Shown in pieces: positions 54,480 through 64,000 of a stretch of DNA of 64,000 nt. The first letter of the stretch is position 1. Each line of letters opens with the position of its first letter. A model generated the notes under the pieces. That model was given only the letters and a program-made list of their open reading frames with translations. It did no database searches and was not told where the DNA came from. The stretch is from Eledone cirrhosa (lineage: Eukaryota), in assembly GCA_964016885.1 (NCBI GenBank), contig OZ024751.1, positions 2,356,001-2,420,000 on the forward strand, read 5' to 3'. A program made the translations under genes and the position numbers.

Positions 54480-57400
54480 GTTGTACCTTCTCTGTTGAAC
54501 TGTCATGTTGAACCTTCTCTGTTGAACTGTCATGTTGGACCTTCTCTGTTGAACTGTCATATTGAACTTTCTCTGTTGAACTGTCATGCTGAATCTTCCC
54601 TGTTGAACTCTCATATTGAACCTTCCCTGTTGAACTGTCATGTTGAACCTTCTCTGTTTAACTGTCATATTGAACTTTCTCTGTAGAACTGTCATGCTGT
54701 ACCTTCCTTGTTGAAATGTCATGTTGAACCTTCTCTGTTTAACTATCATGCTGAACTTTCTCTGTTGAACTATCATGCTGAACCTTCCCTGTTGAACTGT
54801 CATGCTGAACCTTCCCTCTTTAACTGTCATGCTGAACATTCCCTGTTTAACTGTCATATTGAACTTTCTCTGTTGAACTGTCATGCTGAATCTTCCCTGT
54901 TTAACTGTCATGTTGGACCTTCTCTGTTGAACTGTCATATTGAACTTCCTCTTTTGAACTATCATGCTGAACGTTCTCTGTTGAACTGTCATGCTGAACC
55001 TTCTCTGTTGAACTGTCATGCTGAATCTTCCATGTTGAGCTGTCATGTTGAACCTTCTCTGTTGAACTGTCATATTGAACCTTCTCTGTTGAACTGTCAT
55101 GTTGGACCTTCTCTGTTGAACTGTCATATTGAACTTTCTCTGCTGAACTGTCATGCTGAATCTTCCCTGTTGAACTGTCATGCTGAACCTTCCCTGTTTA
55201 ACTGTCATATTGAACTTTCTCTGTTGAACTGTTATGCTGAACCTTCCCTGTTGAACTGTCATGTTGAACCTTCTCTGTTTAACTGCCATATTGAACTTTC
55301 TCTGTTGAATTTTCATGCTGAACCTTCCTTGTTGAACTGTCATGTTGAACCTTCTCTGTTGAACTGTCATGTTGGACCTTCTCTGTTGAACAGTCATATT
55401 GAACCTACTCTCTAGAACTGTCATATTGAACCTTCTCTATTTAACTATCATATTGAACTTTGTCTGTTGAACTGTCATGCTGAACCTTCCCTGTTGAACT
55501 GTCATATTGAACCTTCCCTGTTGAACTGTCATGTTGAACCTTCTCTGTTTAACTGTCATATTGAACTTTCTCTGTTAAACAGTCATGCTGAACCTTCCTT
55601 GTTGAACTGTCATGTTGAACCTTCTCTGTTGAACTGTCATATTGAACCTTCTCTGTTGAACTGTCATGCTGAACCTTCCCTGTTGAACTGTCATATTGAA
55701 CCTTCCCTGTTTAACTATCATATTGAACTTTCTCCGTTGAACTGTGATGCTGAACCTTCCTTGTTGAACTGTCATATTGAACCTTCCCTGTTGAACTGTC
55801 ATGTTGAACCTTATCTGTTGAACTGTCATATTGAACTTTCTCTGTTGAACTGTCATGCTGAATCTTCCCTGTTGAACTGTCATGCTGAACCTTCTCTGTT
55901 GAACTGTCATGTTGAACCTTCTCTGTTGAACTGTCATGTTGGACCTTCTCTGTTGAACTGTCATATTGAACTTTCTCTGTTGAACTGTCATGCTGAATCT
56001 TCCCTGTTGAACTCTCATATTGAACCTTCCCTGTTGAACTGTCATGTTGAACCTTCTCTGTTTAACTGTCATATTGAACTTTCTCTGTAGAACTGTCATG
56101 CTGTACCTTCCTTGTTGAAATGTCATGTTGAACCTTCTCTGTTTAACTATCATGCTGAACTTTCTCTGTTGAACTATCATGCTGAACCTTCCCTGTTGAA
56201 CTGTCATGCTGAACCTTCCCTCTTTAACTGTCATGCTGAACATTCCCTGTTTAACTGTCATATTGAACTTTCTCTGTTGAACTGTCATGCTGAATCTTCC
56301 CTGTTTAACTGTCATGTTGGACCTTCTCTGTTGAACTGTCATATTGAACTTCCTCTTTTGAACTATCATGCTGAACGTTCTCTGTTGAACTGTCATGCTG
56401 AACCTTCTCTGTTGAACTGTCATTCTGAATCTTCCTTGTTGAGCTGTCATGTTGAACCTTCTCTGTTGAACTGTCATATTGAACCTTCTCTGTTGAACTG
56501 TCATGTTGGACCTTCTCTGTTGAACTGTCATATTGAACTTTCTCTGCTGAACTGTCATGCTGAATCTTCCCTGTTGAACTGTCAGGCTGAACCTTCCCTG
56601 TTTAACTGTCATATTGAACTTTCTCTGTTGAACTGTTATGCTGAACCTTCCCTGTTGAACTGTCATGTTGAACCTTCTCTGTTTAACTGCCATATTGAAC
56701 TTTCTCTGTTGAATTTTCATGCTGAACCTTCCTTGTTGAACTGTCATGTTGAACCTTCTCTGTTGAACTGTCATGTTGGACCTTCTCTGTTGAACTGTCA
56801 TATTGAACCTACTCTCTAGAACTGTCATATTGAACCTTCTCTGTTTAACTGTCATATTGAACTGTCTCTGTTGAACTGTCATACTGAAACTTCTCTGTTG
56901 AACTGTCATATTGAACTTTCTCTGTTGAACTGTCATGCTGAACGTTCCCTGTTGTACAGTCATATTGAACCTTCTCTGTTGAACTGTCATGCTGAACATT
57001 CCTGTTGAACTGTCATATTGAACCTTCCCTGTTTAACTGTCATATTGAACTAACTGTGTTGAACTGTCATGCTGAACCTTCCCTGTTGAACTGTCATATT
57101 GAACCTTCTCTTTTGAAATATCATGCTGAACCTTCCCTGTTGAAGTGTCATATTGACCTTTCTCTGTTGAACTGTCATGCTGAACCATCTCTGTTGAACT
57201 GTAATATTGAACCTTCTCTGTTGAACTGTCATGCTGAACCTTCCCTGTTAAACTGTCATGCTGAACGTTCCCTGTTTAACTGTCATATTGAACTTTCTCT
57301 GTTGAACTGTCATGCTGAACCTTCCCTGTTGAACTGTCATATTGAACCTTTTCTATTGAACTGTCATGTTGGACCTTCTCTGTTTAACTATCATATTGAA

Positions 57401-57870
57401 CCTTCTCTATTTAACTATCATATTGAACTTTGTCTGTTGAACTGTCATGCTGAACCTTCCCTGTTGAACTGTCATATTGAACCTTCCCTGTTGAACTGTC
57501 ATGTTGAACCTTCTCTGTTTAACTGTCATATTGAACTTTCTCTGTTAAACAGTCATGCTGAACCTTCCTTGTTGAACTGTCATGTTGAACCTTCTCTGTT
57601 GAACTGTCATATTGAACCTTCTCTGTTGAACTGTCATGCTGAACCTTCCCTGTTGAACTGTCATATTGAACCTTCCCTGTTTAACTATCATATTGAACTT
57701 TCTCCGTTGAACTGTGATGCTGAACCTTCCTTGTTGAACTGTCATATTGAACCTTCCCTGTTGAACTGTCATGTTGAACCTTATCTGTTGAACTGTCATA
57801 TTGAACTTTCTCTGTTGAACTGTCATGCTGAATCTTCCCTGTTGAACTGTCATGCTGAACCTTCCCTGTT
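54480..57870 (+). repeat. Interleaved duplications: ~54480-55430 versus ~55890-56840 (offset 1404 = 52 monomers), and ~55420-55890 versus ~57390-57860 (offset 1970)
   Basis: ORFs 54708 and 56112 are near-identical and both copies end with cctactctctagaac. ttaactatcatattgaactttgtctg occurs at 55441 and 57411. Confidence 0.88.
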
Positions 57871-59639
57871 TAACTGTCATATTGAACTTTCTCTGTTGAA
57901 CTGTCATGCTGAACCTTCCCTGTAGAACTGTCATGTTGGACCTTCTCTGTTGAACTGTCATATTGAACTTTCTCTGTTGAACTGTCATGCTGAATCTTCC
58001 CTGTTGAACTCTCATATTGAACCTTCCCTGTTGAACTGTCATGTTGAACCTTCTCTGTTTAACTGTCATATTGAACTTTCTCTGTAGAACTGTCATGCTG
58101 AACCTTCCTTGTTGAACTGTCATGTTGAACCTTCTCTGTTTAACTGTCATGCTGAACTTTCTCTGTTGAACTGTCATGCTCAACCTTCCCTGTTGAACTG
58201 TCATGCTCAACCTTCCCTCTTTAACTATCATGCTGAACATTCCCTGTTTAACTGTCATATTGAACTTTCTCTGTCGAACTGTCATGCTGAATCTTCCCTG
58301 TTTAACTGTCATGTTGGACCTTCTCTGTTGAACTGTCATAATGAACTTTCTCTTTTGAACTATCATGCTGAACGTTCTCTGTTGAACTGTCATACTGAAC
58401 CTTCTCTGTTGAACTGTCATGCTGAACCTTCCCTGTTGAACTGTCATGCTGAACCTTCCCTGTTTAACTGTCATATTGAACTTTCTATGTTGAATTGTCA
58501 TGCTGAACCTTCCCTGTTTAACTGTCATATTGAACCTTCTCTGCTGAACTGTCATGCTGAACCTTCCCTGTTGAACTGTCATGCTGAACCTTCCTTGTTG
58601 AGCTGTCATGTTGAACCTTCTCTGTTGAACTGTCATATTTAACCTTCTCTGTTGAACTGTCATGTTGGACCTTATCTGTTGAACTGTCATATTGAACTTT
58701 CTCTGTTGAACTGTCATGCTGAATCTTCCCTGTTGAACTGTCATGCTGAACCTTCCGTTTAACTGTCATATTGAACCTTCTCTGCTGAACTGTCATGCTG
58801 AACCTTCCCTGTTGAACTATCATATTGAACCTTCTCTGTTGAACTGTCATGTTGGACCTTCTCTGTTTAACTGTCATATTGAACCTTCTCTGTTTAACTG
58901 TCATATTGAACCTTCTCTGTTGAACTGTCATGTTGAACCTTCCCTGTTGAACTGTGATGTTGAACCTTCTCTGTTTAACTGTCATATTGAACTTTCTCTG
59001 CTGAACTGTCATGCTGAACCTTCCTTGTTGAACTGTCATGTTGGACCTTCTCTGATTAACTATCATACTGAACCTTCTCTGTTGAACTGTCATGCTGAAC
59101 CTTCCCTGTTGAACTGTCATGCTGAACCTTCCCTGTTGAACTGTCATATTGAACCTTCCCTGTTGAACTGTCATGTTGAACCTTCTCTGTTTAACTGTCA
59201 TATTGAACTTTCTCTGTTGAACTGTCATGCTGAACCTTCCTTGTTGAACTGTCATATTGAACCTTCCCTGTTGAACTGTCATGTTGAACCTTATCTGTTG
59301 AACTGTCATATTGAACTTTCTCTGTTGAACTGTCATGCTGAACCTTCCTTGTTGAACTGTCATGTTGAACCCTCTCTGTTGAACTGTCATATTGAACCTT
59401 CTCTGTTGAACTGTCATGCTGAACCTTCCCTGTTGAACTGTCATATTGAACCTTCCCTGTTTAACTATCATATTGAACTTTCTCTGTTGAACTGTGATGC
59501 TGAACCTTCCTTGTTGAACTGTCATGTTGAACCTTCTCTGTTTAACTGTCATGCTGAATCTTCTCTGTTGAACTGTCATATTGAACTTTCTCTGTTGAAC
59601 TGTCATGCTGAATCTTCTCTGTTGAACTGTCCTGTTGAA

Positions 59640-62600
59640 CTGTCATGTTGAACCTTCTCTGTTTAACAGTCATGCTGAACCTTCTCTGTTGAACTGTCAT
59701 ATTGAACTTTCCCTGTTGAAATGTCATGCTGAATCTTCCCTGTTGAACTGTCATGTTGAACCTTCTCTGTTTAACTGTCATGCTGAAACTTCTCTGTTAA
59801 ACTGTCATATTGAACTTTCTCTGTTGAACTGTCATGCTGAATCTTCCCTGTTGAACTGTCATATTGAACCTTCTCTGTTGAACTGTCATGCTGAACCTTC
59901 CCTGTTGAACTGTCATATTGAACCTTCCCTGTTGAACTGTCATGCTGAACCTTCCCTGTTGAACTGTCATATTGAACCTTCTCTGTTGAACTGTCATGTT
60001 GGACAATCTCTGTTTAACTGTCATATTGAACCTTCTCTGTTTAACTATCATATTGAACTTTCTCTGTTGAACTGTCATGCTGAACCTTCCCTGTTGAACT
60101 GTCATGTTGAACCTTCTCTGTTTAACTGTCATATTGAACTTTCTCTTTTAAACAGTCATTCTGAACCTTCCTTGTTGAACTGTCATGTTGAACCTTCTCT
60201 GTTGAACTGTCATATTGAACCTTCTCTGTTGAACTGTCATGCTTAAACTTCCCTGTTGAACTGTCATGTTGAACCTTCTCTGTTGAACTGTCATGCTGAA
60301 CCTTCCCTGTTGAACTGTCATATTGAACCTTCTCTGTTGAACTGTCATGTTGGACCTTCTCTGTTGAACTGTCATGCTGAACCTTCTCTGTTTAACTATC
60401 ATATTGAACTTTCTCTGTTGAACTATGATGCTGAACCTTCCATGTTGAACTGTCATATTGAACCTTCCCTGTTGAACTGTCATGTTGAACCTTCTCTGTT
60501 TAACTCTCATATTGAACTTTCTATGTTGAACTGTCATGCTGAACCTTCCTTGTTGAACTGTCGTGTTGAACCTTCTCTGTTTAACAGTCATGCTGAACCT
60601 TCTCTGTTGAACAGTCATATTGAACTTTCTCTGTTGAACTGTCACGCTGAATCTTCCCTGTTGAACTGTCATGTTGAACCTTCTCTGTTTAACTGTCATA
60701 CTGAACCTTCTCCGTTGAACTGTCATACTGAACTTTCTCTGTTGAACTGTCATGCTGAATCTTCTCTGTTTAACTGTCATGTTGAACCTTCTCTGTTTAA
60801 CTGTCATGCTGAACCTTCTCTGTTGAACTGTCATATTGAACTTTCCCTGTTGAAATGTCATGCTGAATCTTCCCTGTTGAACTGTCATGTTGAACCTTCT
60901 CTGTTTAACTGACATGCTGAACCTTCTCTGTTGAACTATCATATTGAACTTTCTCTGTTGAACTGTCATGCTGAATCTTGCCTGTTGAACTGTCATGCTG
61001 AACCTTCCCTGTTTAACTGTCATATTGAACTTTCTATGTTGAATTGTCATGCTGAACCTTCCCTGTTGAACTGTCATATTGAACCTTCTCTGTTGAACTG
61101 TCATGTTGGACCTTCTCTGTTTAACTGTCATATTGAACCTTCTCTGTTCAACTGTCATATTGAACCTTCTCTGTTGAACTGTCATGTTGAACCTTCCCTG
61201 TTGAACTGTCATGTTGAACCTTCTCTGTTTAACTGTCATATCGAACTTTCTCTGTTGAACTGTCATGCTGAACCTTTCTTGTTGAACTGTCATGTTGGAC
61301 CTTCTCTGTTTAACTATCATATTGAACCTTCTCTGTTTAACTATCATATTGAACTTTCTCTGTTGAAGTGACATGCTGAAGCTTCCCTGTTGAACTGTCA
61401 TGTTGAACCTTCTCTGTTTATCTGTCATATTGAACTTTCTCTGTTGAATTGTCAAGCTGAACCTTCCTTGTTGAACTGTCATGTTGAATCTTCTCTGTTG
61501 AACTGTCATATTGAACCTTCTCTGTTGACCTGTCATATTGAACCTTCTCTGTTTAACTGTCATATTGAACTTTCTCTGTTGAATTGTCATGCTGAACCTT
61601 CCCTGTTGTACAGTCATATTGAACCTTCTCTGTTGAACTGTCATGTTGGACAATCTCTGTTTAACTGTCATATTGAACCTTCTCTGTTTAACTATCATAT
61701 TGACTTTCTCTGTTGAACTGTCATGCTGAACCTTCCCTGTTGAACAGTCATGTTGAACCTTCTCTGTTTAACTGTCATATTGAACTTTCTCTGTTAAACA
61801 GTCATGCTGAACCTTCCTTGTTGAACTGTCATGTTGAACCTTCTCTGTTGAACTGTCATATTGAACCTTCTCTGTTGAACTGTCATGCTGATCCTTCGCT
61901 GTTGAACTGTCATATTGAACCTTCTCTGTTGAACTGTCATGTTGGACCTTCTCTGTTCAACTGTCATGCTGAACCTTCTCTGTTTAAATATCATATTGAA
62001 CTTTCTCTGTTGAACTGTGATGCTGAACCTTCCCTGTTGAACTGTCATATTGAACCTTCCCTGTTGAACTGTCATGTTGAACCTTCTCTGTTGAACTGTC
62101 ATATTGAACTTTCTATGTTGAACTGTCATGCTGAATCTTCCCTGTTGAACTGTCATGTTGAACCTTCTCTGTTTAACTGGCATGCTGAACCTTCTCTGTT
62201 GAACTGTCATATTGAACTTTCTCTGTTGAACTGTCATGCTGAATCTTCTCTGTTGAACTGTCATGTTGAACCTTCACTGTTTAACTGTCATGCTGAACCT
62301 TCTCTGTTGAACTGTCATATTGAACATTCTCTGTTGAACTGTCATGCTGAATCTTCCCTGTTGAACTGTCATATTGAACCTTCTCTGTTGAACTGTCATG
62401 CTGAACCTTCCCTGTTGAACTGTCATATTGAACCTTCCCTGTTGAACTGTCATGCTGAACCTTCCCTGTTGAACTGTCATATTGAACCTTCTCTGTTGAA
62501 CTGTCATGTTGGACAATCTCTGTTTAACTGTCATATTGAACCTTCTCTGTTTAACTATCATATTGAACTTTCTCTGTTGAACTGTCATATTGAACCTTCC

Positions 62601-64000
62601 CTGTTGAACTTTCATGTTGAACCTTCTCTGTTTAACTGTCATATTGAACTTTCTCTTTTAAACAGTCATGCTGAACCTTCCTTGTTGAACTGTCCTGTTG
62701 AACCTTCTCTGTTGGACTGTCATATTGAACCTTCTCTGTTGAACTGTCATGCTTAAACTTCCCTGTTGAACTGTCATGTTGAACTGTCATGCTGAACCTT
62801 CCCTGTTGAACTGTCATATTGAACCTTCTCTGTTGAACTGTCATGTTGGACCTTCTCTGTTGAACTCTCATGCTGAACCTTCTCTGTTTAACTATCATAT
62901 TGAACTTTTTCTGTTGAACTATGATGCTGAACCTTCCCTGTTGAACTGTCATATTGAACCTTCCCTGTTGAACTGTCATGTTGAACCTTCTCTGTTGAAC
63001 TGTCATATTGAACTTTCTCTGATGAACTGTCACGCTGAATCTTCCCTGTTGAACTGTCATGTTGAACCTTTTCTGTTTAACTGTCATGCTGAACCTTCTC
63101 TGTTGAACTGTCATATTGAACTTTCTCTGTTGAACTGTCATGCTGAATCTTCTCTGTTGAACTGTCATGTTGAACCTTCTCTGTTTAACTGTCATGCTGA
63201 ACCTTCTCTGTTGAACTGTCATATTGAACTTTCCCTGTTGAAATGTAATGCTGAATCTTCCCTGTTGAACTGTCATGCTGAACCTTCTCTGTTGAACTAT
63301 CATATTGAACTTTCTCCGTTGAACTGTCATGCTGAATCTTGCGTGTTGAACTGTCATGCTGAACCTTCCCTGTTTGACTGTCATATTGAACTTTCTATGT
63401 TGAATTGTCATGCTGAAACTACCCTGTTGAACTGTCATATTGAACCTTCTCTGTTGAACTGTCATGTTGGACCTTCTCTGTTTAACTGTCATATTGAACC
63501 TTCTCTGTTTAACTGTCATATTGAACCTTCTCTGTTGAACTGTCATGTTGAACCTTCCCTGTTGAACTGTCATGTTGAACCTTCTCTGTTTAACTGTCAT
63601 ATTGAACTTTCTCTGTTGAACTGTCATGCTGAACCTTCCTTGTTGAACTGTCATGTTGGACCTTCTCTGTTTAACTATCATATTGAACCTTCTCTGTTTA
63701 ACTATCATATTGAACTTTCTCTGTTGAAGTTTCATGCTGAAGCTTCCCTGTTGAACTGTCATGTTGAACCTTCTCTGTCTATCTGTCATATTGAACTTTC
63801 TCTGTTGAATTGTCATGCTGAACCTTCCTTGTTGAACTGTCATGTTGAACCTTCTCTGTTGAACTGTCATATTGAACCTTCTCTGTTGAACTGTCATATT
63901 GAACCTTCTCTGTTTAACTGTCATATTGAACTTTCTCTGTTGAATTGTCATGCTGAACCTTCCCTGTTGTACAGTCATATTGAACCTTCTCTGTTGAACT
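59640..64000 (+). repeat. Diverged ~2.4-2.5-kb duplication (~59640-61640 versus ~62150-64000)
   Basis: ggacaatctc occurs at 60001/62511 and gcttaaactt at 60241/62751 (offset 2510). The markers ctctttaaacagtc, gtcacgctgaatc, gaatcttgc, ttgaagt and ttgtacagtc occur in the same order in both copies. Confidence 0.82.

Larger units (their letters stand above)
1..64000 (+). repeat. 27-bp tandem satellite array (consensus TGTTGAACTGTCATGTTGAACCTTCTC), about 2370 monomers in a single orientation, running off both ends of the window
   Basis: The motif ttgaactgtcatRYtgaacYttcYctg recurs every 27 bp on every line. The ORF track shows a 9-aa period throughout, and no non-repeat segment was seen. Confidence 0.99.

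Noticed and set aside
70-63978. All ORF-track entries as protein-coding genes (9-aa repeat proteins)
   Set aside because: They overlap on both strands, have no unique N- or C-terminal domains, and start and stop at satellite indels. Variation falls mainly on non-synonymous positions. They are a by-product of a 27-bp period.
1-64000. CRISPR array (GTTGAAC/GTTTAAC resembles some CRISPR repeat ends; 27 bp is repeat-sized)
   Set aside because: There are no unique spacers, since monomers abut directly, and no leader or cas genes.
1-64000. Cys/His-periodic peptide (NCH every 9 aa) as a zinc-finger, LRR or metal-binding repeat protein
   Set aside because: The spacing fits neither C2H2 nor LRR consensus, and the frame is repeatedly broken by TAG/TAA variants and 1-, 2- and 13-bp indels.
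1-64000. Telomerase-synthesised long telomeric repeat, as in some budding yeasts
   Set aside because: Monomers are heterogeneous, and rare variants are propagated in kb-scale blocks. That indicates recombinational amplification rather than copying from one RNA template. There is also no G-rich strand or chromosome end in view.
1-64000. Embedded transposon, inversion or unique island within the array
   Set aside because: Reading through the window I found no departure from the monomer longer than a few bases and no reverse-orientation (GTTCAACAGAGAAGG-type) tract on the + strand.
1-64000. G-quadruplex, phased A-tract curvature or long hairpins
   Set aside because: There are no recurring G-runs suited to quadruplexes. 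T-runs are short and spaced 13/14 bp, out of phase with the helix, and dyads have only 3-5-bp arms.
1-64000. Purely synthetic or sequencing-artefact repeat
   Set aside because: Hierarchically shared rare variants and a consistent duplication history look biological. The exact copy number of near-identical blocks could still be misassembled.

Overview
The whole 64-kb window is one uninterrupted, head-to-tail satellite array of a 27-bp monomer (consensus TGTTGAACTGTCA-TGTTGAACCTTCTC; about 64000/27 = 2370 copies; consensus about 41% GC, T-rich + strand, no CpG). I saw no unique sequence, transposon insertion, inversion, RNA gene or credible protein-coding gene. The many ORFs (LLNCHVEPS, MTVQQRRFN and HDSSTEKVQ repeats) arise because 27 is a multiple of 3 and three frames of the consensus lack stops. 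The interest lies in the array's internal architecture. (i) The monomer is a 13+14-bp heterodimer built on a shared TGTTGAAC core containing the interrupted palindrome GTTNAAC. (ii) Monomer variants follow a non-random order suggesting an older 3-4-monomer repeat. (iii) There are nested higher-order repeats (HORs) and block duplications, with offsets of 54, 108, 135, 459, 945, 1404, 1538-1540, 1701, 1970, 2510, 3288-3773, 4210, about 5800-5900 and about 9200 bp. (iv) Three sub-domains carry different diagnostic variants. This looks like eukaryotic satellite (heterochromatic, possibly centromeric or subtelomeric) DNA, but the organism and function cannot be determined from the sequence. Block boundaries were read by eye and are approximate to about one monomer.
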